Positions 10,521-18,411 of a stretch of 64,000 bases of DNA are shown one piece after another. This DNA comes from Patescibacteria group bacterium. GTDB lineage: Bacteria; Patescibacteriota; Patescibacteriia; Magasanikbacterales; GWA2-37-8. Within the stretch, counting starts at the first letter, position 1; each line of letters begins with the position of its first letter. The translations under genes were made by a program, and so were the position numbers. The notes under the pieces were generated by a model. The model made no database searches. It saw only the letters and a program-made list of their open reading frames with translations, and was not told the DNA's origin. The DNA lies in the NCBI GenBank assembly GCA_041649475.1, contig JBAZNA010000001.1, forward strand, positions 197,022-261,021, in the 5' to 3' direction.

Positions 10521-10548
10521 GCCCAAGCATCTGCTTGGGCCTTTTTTT
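10521..10548 (+). terminator. intrinsic terminator
   Basis: Hairpin gcccaagc-atct-gcttgggc followed by cttttttt. Confidence 0.8.
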
Positions 10549-10549
10549 G

Positions 10550-10578
10550 TTGATTTTGTTATGGCTTTCGGGTAAGAT
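10550..10578 (+). promoter_or_regulatory. candidate dnaE promoter (TTGATT-N17-TAAGAT)
   Basis: The -10 ends only 9 nt before the dnaE ATG, which implies a very short leader or none. Confidence 0.4.
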
Positions 10579-10587
10579 ACGAGCACT

Positions 10588-13500
10588 ATGCCCGACTTTG
10601 TTCACCTCCATGTCCACAGCCATTATTCGCTTTTAGATGGCCTGCCAAAAATTGACGAGCTAGTTAAGCATGCCAAAAGTTTGGGCATGACTGCCCTTGC
10701 CCTCACCGATCATGGTAATATGTATGGCGCCATTGAGTTTTATGAGCGGTGTCAGAAAGAGGGAATAAAACCGATCATCGGCATGGAGGCATACTTGGCT
10801 CCGGGCAGTCGTTTTGATAAAAATCAAAATGACAAGTATTATCATCTGGTGTTGTTGGCTTTGGATTATACCGGTTATAGAAATTTGATGAAGCTGGCTT
10901 CGCTGGCTCATCTGGAGGGGTTCTATTACAAACCCCGTGTTGATAAAGAACTTCTAAAACAATATCATGAAGGTTTGGTTGCTTCATCTGCCTGTTTTGG
11001 CGGCGAGATTCCTTGGATTTTGCGCAAAGAAGATAATTTTGAGAAAGCCAAAAAAGTGGCGTTGGAATACGAAGAAATTTTTGGCAAAGGAAATTTTTAT
11101 CTGGAACTGCAGGACTTGCCGGGTTTGGAAGGTCAGATGGAGATGAATACAAAATTAATTAAGCTTTCCCAAGATACTGGCGTCCCGCTTATTGTCACCC
11201 GTGACGTGCATTATTTGAAACCGGAGGACGCCGAAGCCCAGGATATTTTAACCTGCATCCGCGACGGCCGGACTTTGGATGAACCCAATCGCCAGACCAT
11301 GAATGCGGTTGATTGTTCAATGGCTAGCGTCAAAGAAATCGCCGGCCGCTTTAAACATATTCCTGAAGCATTGGAGAACACGGTTAAGATTGCCGAAAGA
11401 GCGAATCTGGTTTTAGAACTTAATAAATGGCATTTTCCGCCTCTTGAGCTTCCGGTCGGGCAGACCGCCGACAGTTATTTGCGCGAGCAGGTTTATGAAA
11501 GATTGCCGAAGCTGTTGCAGATAACCGAGGAGGTGAAAAAAAGAGTTGACTATGAGTTGGAAATTATCGCCAAAAAAGGTTATTCTCCGTATTTTTTAAC
11601 AGTTGCCGATTATGTGCAGTATGCGCGCGACCACGGCATTGCCGAAACGACCAGGGGCTCGGCTGCTGGTTCAATCGTTTCTTACGCTATAGGAATCGTC
11701 ACTGTTAATCCGCTGTATTTCAAATTGCCGTTTGAAAGATTTTTAAATCCATTCCGTCCCAGCCCGCCGGATATTGACGCGGACTTCGCCGACGACCGCC
11801 GCGACGACATGATTGCTTATGTCACGCAAAAATATGGTGCGGACAAAGTGGCGCAGATTATTACCTTCGGAACGATGATGGCGCGCGGAGCGGTGCGCGA
11901 TGTGGGCCGAGCGCTGGGCTATACCTATTCTTTTTGCGATCAGATTTCAAAAATGATTCCTTTTGGCGCGCAGGGTTTTCACATGAATATTGCCAAAGCC
12001 ATGGAGCTGGAGCCGGATTTAAAAAAATTATACGATCAAAATCCGCAAGCCCACCGTTTATTGGATTTGGCGCAAAAAGTGGAGGGCTGCGCCCGACACA
12101 CTTCCATACACGCGGCCGGAGTGGTGATTTCACCGACGCCGCTTACGGATTTTACTCCGGTTCAGCGCGAAACCGGCGGTGAGAGAATTACCACTCAATA
12201 TGAAATGCACGCGGTGGAGGCGGCTGGAGTTTTGAAAATGGACTTTTTGGGGATCCGCAATTTATCTATTTTGGGTCATGCCGTGGAAATTATAGAAAAA
12301 ACAACCGGCCAGAAAATTGATATCTACAAATTGCCCTGGGATGACAAAAAAACCTATGAAATGCTGGCGCGCGGTGAAACTATCGGTGTGTTCCAGCTTT
12401 CCGGATCTGGCATGACCAGATATTTGAAAGAATTAAAGCCGGCCAGCATCTTTGATATTATGGCCATGGTGGCACTGTTTCGCCCCGGGCCAATGGAATC
12501 AATTCCCGAATATATAAAAAGAAAAAATCATCCGGAACTGATTGAATATCTTGATCCGCGCATGGAAAATTATCTTGATCAGTCCCTGGGCTTGATTGTT
12601 TATCAGGACGACGTTTTGCTTACGGCTATAAATTTGGCCGGATACAATTGGGAGGAAGCGGATAAATTCAGAAAAGCGATGGGCAAGAAAATTCCGGAAG
12701 AAATGGCCAAGCAGAAAGAGAAATTTTTTAAGGGCTGCCGTGAATTCGGGCATTTGTCCGAAGCAAAAATCAACACCCTGTGGGAACGCATTGAGCCGTT
12801 TGCCGCTTATGGTTTTAACAAGGCCCATGCCTGCAGTTATGGAGTTGTGGCCTATCAGACCGCCTATCTGAAAGCTAATTTTCCGGTGCAGTATATGACC
12901 GCGATTTTGATTGCGGAAAGCGGCGACATTGATAAAGTGCCGGAAATTATTCATGAGTGCGAGAGAATCGGCATAAAGGTCTTACCGCCCGATGTTAATG
13001 AAAGTTTTAAAAATTTCGCCATGATTTCGCCGGAAGACGGATCCGAGCCGCACATTAGGTTCGGTTTAAACGGCATAAAAAATCTGGGCGAGCATATTGC
13101 CGAAGTGATTTACCGCGAACGCAAAGAACATGGCACGTATAAAGACCTGCAGGATTTGCTCACGCGTGTAAATGATAAGGATTTAAACAAAAAGTCCCTG
13201 GAAAGTTTGGCTAAATGTGGCGCGCTTGATTGTTTTGGCCATGACCGGGGATTGCTTTTGGCCAACACGGACAACCTTTTGGGTTTTGTCAGGCAGATGC
13301 ATGAGAAAACCCAATCAAACCAGAATTCGCTTTTTTCAGGCACAACGATTGATTTGTCCGCCAAAGTTCAGCTTAATCCGGCGCCCCTGGCCGATGAAGC
13401 CGACAAGCTGATTTGGGAAAAAGAATTGCTGGGACTCTTCGTCACTTCCCATCCATTTAAGTATTTTGAAAAAATTATGAACGGCGTGCTGACACCGATT

Positions 13501-14055
13501 AAGGACTTGCCCAATCAGCCGCGCAACAGCCGGGTGGTGGTGGGCGGATTTATTGATTCCACCAAGAAAAAAATTACCAGAAGCGGCAAGGCGATGATGT
13601 TCGCCAAAATTCAGGATCTAAGCGGTGGGTTGGAACTTTTGATTTTCCCGCGCACCTTTGAAACCACCAAAGATGTTTGGCAAGAAGGAAAACCGGTTTG
13701 CGTGGTGGGCAAGACATCAGAAGAAGAAGGGGATGACAAACTGTTTGTGGACCGGGCGTATATTTTAACCAAAGAAAACGCGGCTACGCTGGCCATGCAA
13801 ATGAATATCAATCAGGGTGCGCCGTCTTTGCGCCAGTATGCGCCGAATTTTGTCAGTCCGGAAGAAGAGGGCTTTGAAGTTGTGGTCAGCCCGGCCAAGA
13901 TAAAAACCGAATCAGATAATATTAAAAAAATTCTAGGGAGGTATCCGGGCGATAAGGTGGTGTATATAAAAGTGGGGAATAAAAAAATAAAAAGCGGCTA
14001 CCGGGTGGACGGCTGCACAGAGTTGAAAGAAGAACTTAAACAATTTTCCAATTAG
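10588..14055 (+). CDS. dnaE: DNA polymerase III alpha subunit
   Basis: 1155 aa with an N-terminal PHP domain (HLHVHSHYSLLDG), a polymerase core and a C-terminal OB fold. Confidence 0.95.
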   Translation: MPDFVHLHVHSHYSLLDGLPKIDELVKHAKSLGMTALALTDHGNMYGAIEFYERCQKEGIKPIIGMEAYLAPGSRFDKNQNDKYYHLVLLALDYTGYRNLMKLASLAHLEGFYYKPRVDKELLKQYHEGLVASSACFGGEIPWILRKEDNFEKAKKVALEYEEIFGKGNFYLELQDLPGLEGQMEMNTKLIKLSQDTGVPLIVTRDVHYLKPEDAEAQDILTCIRDGRTLDEPNRQTMNAVDCSMASVKEIAGRFKHIPEALENTVKIAERANLVLELNKWHFPPLELPVGQTADSYLREQVYERLPKLLQITEEVKKRVDYELEIIAKKGYSPYFLTVADYVQYARDHGIAETTRGSAAGSIVSYAIGIVTVNPLYFKLPFERFLNPFRPSPPDIDADFADDRRDDMIAYVTQKYGADKVAQIITFGTMMARGAVRDVGRALGYTYSFCDQISKMIPFGAQGFHMNIAKAMELEPDLKKLYDQNPQAHRLLDLAQKVEGCARHTSIHAAGVVISPTPLTDFTPVQRETGGERITTQYEMHAVEAAGVLKMDFLGIRNLSILGHAVEIIEKTTGQKIDIYKLPWDDKKTYEMLARGETIGVFQLSGSGMTRYLKELKPASIFDIMAMVALFRPGPMESIPEYIKRKNHPELIEYLDPRMENYLDQSLGLIVYQDDVLLTAINLAGYNWEEADKFRKAMGKKIPEEMAKQKEKFFKGCREFGHLSEAKINTLWERIEPFAAYGFNKAHACSYGVVAYQTAYLKANFPVQYMTAILIAESGDIDKVPEIIHECERIGIKVLPPDVNESFKNFAMISPEDGSEPHIRFGLNGIKNLGEHIAEVIYRERKEHGTYKDLQDLLTRVNDKDLNKKSLESLAKCGALDCFGHDRGLLLANTDNLLGFVRQMHEKTQSNQNSLFSGTTIDLSAKVQLNPAPLADEADKLIWEKELLGLFVTSHPFKYFEKIMNGVLTPIKDLPNQPRNSRVVVGGFIDSTKKKITRSGKAMMFAKIQDLSGGLELLIFPRTFETTKDVWQEGKPVCVVGKTSEEEGDDKLFVDRAYILTKENAATLAMQMNINQGAPSLRQYAPNFVSPEEEGFEVVVSPAKIKTESDNIKKILGRYPGDKVVYIKVGNKKIKSGYRVDGCTELKEELKQFSN

Positions 14056-15034
14056 GGTCGGCCTTAAGGTTCCGCCAATTTGTAAAATCTTCTTTAAGGG
14101 TATGATAATATCCGGCCACGGCAATCATGGCCGCGTTGTCCATGCAGTATTTTAAGTCCGGATATTTTATGTTGCTGCCGGAAAGTGCATCGGCGAAGGT
14201 TTCCCGCAGTTTTAAATTTGCGCTCACGCCGCCGCCAACCACGATTGTCTTCGGCCGGAATTCTTGCACCGCTTTGACGGTTTTAGAAACCAAAACATCA
14301 ACAATGGCCTGTTCCAAACTGGCGCAAAAATCTTCCAGTGTAATTTTTTTATTGATTTTATGATCTCTTAACCAATAAAGAGCCGAGGTTTTCAGTCCGG
14401 CAAAACTAAAATTATAATTATCATCATTTATCATCGGCCGCGGAAATTTTATCGCCTGCGGATTTCCGTTTTTTCCCAGTTTAGAAATTTGCGGACCGCC
14501 CGGATAGGGGAGATCAACCAGCTTGGCCACCTTATCAAAACATTCTCCGGCTGCGTCGTCACGGGTCGCGCCCAGTAGTTTATATTGCCTGGGTTTTTTT
14601 ATTAAAATTAATTCGGTATGGCCGCCGCTCACCACCAAACACAAAGCTGGAAATTCTATCTTGGAGTCGGCCGCGATCTCCGTAGAATAAATATGGCCTT
14701 CAATATGATTTACTGCCACCACCGGAATTTTTAAAGCGTACGATAAAGTTCTGGCCGCTTCCACGCCTACCAATAATCCGGTAATCAGCCCGGGTCCGGC
14801 CGTGACCGCAATCGCATCCGGCTGGGGCTGGTTTTCCAAAATGAGTTCAATCAGCGGCGTAATTTTTTCCGCATGCGCCCGGCCGGCGATTTCCGGCACC
14901 ACCCCGCCGTATTTTTTGTGAATGTCAATTTGCGAAGCGGTTTTTTCCGATACCACAACGCAACCTTGGCTTGAACAATTGAGCAAGGCCACCGAAGTAT
15001 CGTCACAGGAACTTTCTATACCAAGAATAAGCAT
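14036..15034 (-). CDS. tsaD: tRNA N6-adenosine threonylcarbamoyltransferase
   Basis: MLILGIESSCDDTSVALL..., the HIEGH motif and GGVSAN. I moved the start to the ATG at 15034. The 39 extra codons in the track ORF run into the neighbouring GC-rich region. Confidence 0.9.
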   Translation of the reverse strand: MLILGIESSCDDTSVALLNCSSQGCVVVSEKTASQIDIHKKYGGVVPEIAGRAHAEKITPLIELILENQPQPDAIAVTAGPGLITGLLVGVEAARTLSYALKIPVVAVNHIEGHIYSTEIAADSKIEFPALCLVVSGGHTELILIKKPRQYKLLGATRDDAAGECFDKVAKLVDLPYPGGPQISKLGKNGNPQAIKFPRPMINDDNYNFSFAGLKTSALYWLRDHKINKKITLEDFCASLEQAIVDVLVSKTVKAVQEFRPKTIVVGGGVSANLKLRETFADALSGSNIKYPDLKYCMDNAAMIAVAGYYHTLKEDFTNWRNLKADPNWKIV

Positions 15035-15079
15035 ATTTTTCGCAATACCGAATTTCCTATTTAGAAACTCGGTATTACG

Positions 15080-15101
15080 GAGGAAGACGTGTGTCTTCCT
15101 C
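15080..15101 (-). terminator. 9-bp GC-rich hairpin downstream of GC-rich gene 2 (no clear U-tract)
   Basis: gaggaagac-gtgt-gtcttcctc, 17 nt after the stop codon. No T-run follows it. Confidence 0.35.
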
Positions 15102-15117
15102 GACTCCTTATGTCTCC

Positions 15118-15564
15118 TTATGGCCAGTTGAGTTCCGCCGGCATAGGCCAATCACTGGCGTCGAAACTCACGAATCCCGGCGTCCATTTGAACTTGGACG
15201 CTTCTCCCGGACCAGAAGTGCCCGTGAGCTCGTGAATTTTTTTAGAACTGAGCACCTTGAGCGGCGACATCTCTTTCGGCTCCGGGCTATCGATAGTGGC
15301 CTGGAGAGAATAACCAATCCCTTTCGTGGGATTGTAGAGGAGAAGTTGCGTGGCGACTTTTGCCCGTTTGTGCTCAAGGCAGTCCCACACCATCTTCAAG
15401 AGCGGCTTCTCCACTACGACCACAGGTTCATTATCCTCTGCAGTCAGAGCTGGGAATACACCCATCAGTCCGTGTTCGATCAGCAGTAGGTAACCGTACC
15501 GAAGCTGCCATCCGCTCAGATCCTTTTCGAAGATGCTTCCCAGCGCCGGTCCTTGTTTGCTCAT
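15118..15564 (-). CDS. GC-rich orphan protein 2 (148 aa, no recognised domain)
   Basis: GGAGG lies 5 nt before the ATG at 15564 (MSKQGPALG...). The track start at 15576 is a TTG that overlaps the SD. The gene begins 33 nt after the tRNA-Met 3' end. Confidence 0.6.
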   Translation of the reverse strand: MSKQGPALGSIFEKDLSGWQLRYGYLLLIEHGLMGVFPALTAEDNEPVVVVEKPLLKMVWDCLEHKRAKVATQLLLYNPTKGIGYSLQATIDSPEPKEMSPLKVLSSKKIHELTGTSGPGEASKFKWTPGFVSFDASDWPMPAELNWP

Positions 15565-15597
15565 GGTTTCCTCCAAGATCGAGATCGTTTTCCCGAG

Positions 15598-15671
15598 TGT
15601 CAGGGGAGGGAGTCGGACCCTCGACCTTAGGGTTATGAATCCTACGCTCTTACCAACTGAGCTACCCTGAC
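15598..15671 (-). tRNA. tRNA with CAU anticodon (elongator Met or lysidine-Ile2)
   Basis: Hand-folded cloverleaf with acceptor GTCAGGG/CCCTGAC, anticodon loop TTCATAA and T arm GAGGG-TCCGACT-CCCTC. CCA is not encoded. Confidence 0.9.
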
Positions 15672-15680
15672 ATTACCGAA

Positions 15681-15709
15681 AGTATACAAAAAAAAATGGC
15701 TTTAGTCAA
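15681..15709 (-). promoter_or_regulatory. promoter of tRNA-CAU (TTGACT-N17-TATACT)
   Basis: The -10 ends 9 nt before the first tRNA nucleotide. Confidence 0.55.
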
Positions 15710-15755
15710 TGTTGATTTTGGCTCTGTTCTGTGATAGTGTAAATTCAATAATTTT

Positions 15756-16796
15756 GTGATTATGTTGGAAAAAAGGCCTTATGAAAACTCAATACCGCTT
15801 GTCGGCCAGAATCGGCCGTCTTTTGCTGTGGAAAAAGTTGTTTTGGGGCAGAAAAGAGAAGCCAGGGAGTGTTTGAGACGCTGTTATGAATATCGCGACA
15901 GCAAGGGTGAATTTATCGCCCAGGGGTTGGTTGATGTAAATGCCAAACCGTTTCCTATTGAATCGCCGGATCCAAAGCTTGGATTTTACAACGGCTGGAA
16001 GCTGGAGTCCTTTATTATTATATCCAAAGAAGGAAAAAAGCGTGACGTATTAAAAAATTTAAACAAAGACGGCCAGCCGCTGCCGGATATAGTCATAGAC
16101 GATTTGGTGGAGCAATGTGGGTATATCAATGAACCAAAAAAGATGATAGTCGTGCCGCCGCTTAAGTCCGCCAAAGAAATTGAAGAGTTGGTGCATGAAA
16201 ATATGCACGCACAACAGGATAATAACAGCCATTTTAAACCACTTTTGGATTTGTATGAATGGTCGGAGATGGATGCCGGTGCGCTTGGCGAGGCGGAAGT
16301 GGAAAAACGGTTGCGTGAAATTTTGCGGGCGGTTTCCCATTTTGGCGAAGCAAAAAAGTTTGCCAAGCAATTGAAGGATGATGTTACTTTTTTTGAAGGC
16401 GCACTGCGGTCTGGCAAAGTGCCGGCCTCTGAAGTGCCAAAGATGATGGAAGAGCGGGTCAAACGGATACAAAAAATGTTTTCTTTACCAATGCAGATAT
16501 GTGAGATAGACGCCGAAGACGGGGGATTAAAAGGGTTGGAAGAAATTAAAGAAACCATAGGCGCTGATTTTTTGGCGCCGTTTATCTGGACACCGTCAGT
16601 GATTGCCGACACCCCGCACTCCAGAGCGCTGGACGCGGAAGAAGAAAACCGCTTTGAGGTGTTGGGAACATCTGATTTATACGAGCAAAAGAAAAAATTT
16701 GAGCACGGCAAGCCGTCAGTCACCAGTGTGCCGGCGATTGTCAAAATGTATCTTGAATCCGTGGGCGCTTTGCCGGCGCCATGGGAAAAAGGTTGA
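15756..16796 (+). CDS. hypothetical protein with an HExxH motif (HENMH)
   Basis: 346-aa ORF. Only the putative metallopeptidase-like motif ELVHENMHAQ is recognisable. The start could be the ATG at 15762. Confidence 0.55.
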   Translation: MIMLEKRPYENSIPLVGQNRPSFAVEKVVLGQKREARECLRRCYEYRDSKGEFIAQGLVDVNAKPFPIESPDPKLGFYNGWKLESFIIISKEGKKRDVLKNLNKDGQPLPDIVIDDLVEQCGYINEPKKMIVVPPLKSAKEIEELVHENMHAQQDNNSHFKPLLDLYEWSEMDAGALGEAEVEKRLREILRAVSHFGEAKKFAKQLKDDVTFFEGALRSGKVPASEVPKMMEERVKRIQKMFSLPMQICEIDAEDGGLKGLEEIKETIGADFLAPFIWTPSVIADTPHSRALDAEEENRFEVLGTSDLYEQKKKFEHGKPSVTSVPAIVKMYLESVGALPAPWEKG

Positions 16797-16834
16797 CTTT
16801 CACCGAATTTTCTGGTATCATAATGCCGCACTAT

Positions 16835-16909
16835 GGCCCCATCGTCTAGTGGTTAGGACATCTCGCTTTCAATGAGAAAACACGGGTCCGATTCCCGTTG
16901 GGGCTACCA
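16835..16909 (+). tRNA. tRNA-Glu (UUC), CCA encoded
   Basis: GGCCCCATCGTCTAGTGGTTAGGAC..., anticodon loop CTTTCAA, T arm ACGGG-TCCGATT-CCCGT and a 3' ACCA. Confidence 0.9.
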
Positions 16910-16914
16910 ATACA

Positions 16915-16944
16915 AAAGATTCCGGAGAACCGGAATCTTTTGTT
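16915..16944. terminator. bidirectional intrinsic terminator
   Basis: Perfect 11-bp stem aaagattccgg-agaa-ccggaatcttt flanked by A/T runs. It sits between tRNA-Glu (+) and the convergent lipoprotein gene (-). Confidence 0.75.
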
Positions 16945-16955
16945 ACGGGCGATGG

Positions 16956-17666
16956 CTAGAGGCCGAGCTTTGTTTTACAAGTTTTCGTAATAGCTTCTTT
17001 TGTCACACCGTATTTTGCCGCAAGCATATACCAATAATTATACAATCTTTGGGCATTTAACATGGCTACAAAAATATTATGGGAACGAACGTCGGCCGAT
17101 TGGGCCAGCTCCAGCATTTTTTGACACTCTCCGGTTGTCACTGTCCCGCCCAGATTAAACGGTTCATCAATTCTCATCATGACAAGTGCCTGACATTCCG
17201 CTCCTTCCACCAAGTTAATGCTAAGGGCCAGTTTGTCCTTTGTAACTACCATGATATTACCCGACAACGCTATCTTGTAACCGTGTTTTTTAAAGGCGTT
17301 TTCCAGTTTCGCTGTTGTCGGTTTGATTTTGACAACATACATTAGGGCATCTCCGACCTGATCGCCTTGTCCGATATTGGCGGAAAAAATTATTTCACCG
17401 CCGGCTTCGCTGTAAATTGATTTTAATTCTTTGGCCAACCCATTGGGAACCTCTGCTTCTGTGGCTGAATTGCACATATCCCCGGAATCTTTGTTATCAT
17501 CCGGCGGTTCCGTCGCAGTGCTGTTCGGAGACTGTTGGTTGACAGCCGGCGGGTAAATGTTCTCCTGCTTTGAATTTTGAGCGGGACTTTTATTAATACA
17601 TCCGGCGCCGGTTAAAATCAAAATACTGCCTAAAACAAACGCAATACCAAGAATTTTTTTGTTCAT
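16956..17666 (-). CDS. putative lipoprotein
   Basis: Signal peptide with a lipobox (ILILTGAGC), followed by a Pro/Asn/Gln-rich linker. Confidence 0.65.
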   Translation of the reverse strand: MNKKILGIAFVLGSILILTGAGCINKSPAQNSKQENIYPPAVNQQSPNSTATEPPDDNKDSGDMCNSATEAEVPNGLAKELKSIYSEAGGEIIFSANIGQGDQVGDALMYVVKIKPTTAKLENAFKKHGYKIALSGNIMVVTKDKLALSINLVEGAECQALVMMRIDEPFNLGGTVTTGECQKMLELAQSADVRSHNIFVAMLNAQRLYNYWYMLAAKYGVTKEAITKTCKTKLGL

Positions 17667-17840
17667 ATTTGAAATTAGTGCATTAATAAATTTAGCAAGG
17701 AAAATTTTTGGCTGATATAATTATATCATTTTATGTTAAGAATAACAAAAATCGTCTACAAACCAAACTCCACCCATAAGGTGGAGTTTGTGATATAATA
17801 CAAATATCAATAATTTAATTTTTTATTCTTAACAAACACT

Positions 17841-18014
17841 ATGACCAAACATCAAGGCGTCTCAAGCGGAATCTACGGCCTGGCATTCATCGGCGCTCTT
17901 ATTTATTATATCCAACACGCCACCACATTCTGGATGGGCGTGCTGGGATTTTTGAAGGCCCTGGTTTGGCCGGCATTTTTGATTTATAAATTGTTGGAAT
18001 TTTTACACATGTAA
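17841..18014 (+). CDS. small (57 aa) two-TM membrane protein
   Basis: My own translation: MTKHQGVSSGIYGLAFIGALIYYIQHATTFWMGVLGFLKALVWPAFLIYKLLEFLHM. It is below the 60-aa track cutoff. An extended -10 TGATATAAT lies at 17791..17799. Confidence 0.6.
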   Translation: MTKHQGVSSGIYGLAFIGALIYYIQHATTFWMGVLGFLKALVWPAFLIYKLLEFLHM

Positions 18015-18020
18015 ATATAA

Positions 18021-18055
18021 AGATCCTGTTGCTTCGCAAGCAGGATCTCTTTTTC
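18021..18055. terminator. bidirectional intrinsic terminator
   Basis: agatcctg..caggatct stem with an inner ttgc/gcaa extension, followed by a T-run. It sits between convergent genes. Confidence 0.75.
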
Positions 18056-18073
18056 TCCTTTCACATTATCCTT

Positions 18074-18400
18074 TCACAGGACCACTTCTTCGTAGTAGTC
18101 GGCCCGCTCGTGGCTAGCGTAGGGGCTTGATTTGGCATCCTTGAGCGCAGCTGCGGCGAACGGTTCGTCTATGGTGACCTCGGCAACGTTCTCGCACTTG
18201 GCGATCAACAGCTGACAACCATCACAGCCGAATCCGGTCACGGTTGCCAGAACCAGCGCCTCCTTGATCTTCGGTACCCGGCCCTCTTTGCGGATGGCTT
18301 CGGCCACATCGGCCGCGTTTTCTCCACCGCAGTCGGTCCAGAACTTGAAAACAACCTCATCACCCTTGCGCACACTAACGAGTCCGGTTTTTCCGTGCAT
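18074..18400 (-). CDS. GC-rich orphan protein 3 (108 aa; contains a CDGC CxxC motif)
   Basis: AAGGAGG lies 6 nt before the ATG, and the SD starts on the stop codon of the upstream low-GC oxidase gene (cctAAGGAGGggtgatATG). G+C rises abruptly at this junction. Confidence 0.6.
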   Translation of the reverse strand: MHGKTGLVSVRKGDEVVFKFWTDCGGENAADVAEAIRKEGRVPKIKEALVLATVTGFGCDGCQLLIAKCENVAEVTIDEPFAAAALKDAKSSPYASHERADYYEEVVL

Positions 18401-18411
18401 ATCACCCCTCC

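Noticed and set aside
10042-10623. 193-aa minus-strand ORF, plus the 65-aa and 115-aa minus ORFs, overlapping the 10150..10497 gene
   Set aside because: These are typical antisense open frames created by local high GC. They have no SD, their sequences are low-complexity and Arg/Pro/Gly-rich, and they run into the dnaE start. The plus-strand frame has the SD, the G/C-rich third positions and a promoter and terminator in the right orientation.
15035-15151. 39-codon extension of tsaD (track start 15151)
   Set aside because: The canonical TsaD N-terminus MLILGIESSCDDTS begins at 15034. The extension overlaps the 3' end of the neighbouring GC-rich gene and a hairpin.
15035-15709. Classical tRNA-targeted genomic island (integrase plus att repeats) for cassette 2
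   Set aside because: I found no copy of the tRNA 3' end downstream of the insert. There is no integrase or recombinase anywhere in the window. The insert is a single 447-nt gene.
15986-16831. 281-aa minus-strand ORF antisense to the 15756..16796 gene
   Set aside because: It is a Ser-rich, low-complexity antisense frame with no SD or promoter. It would collide with tRNA-Glu and its terminator.
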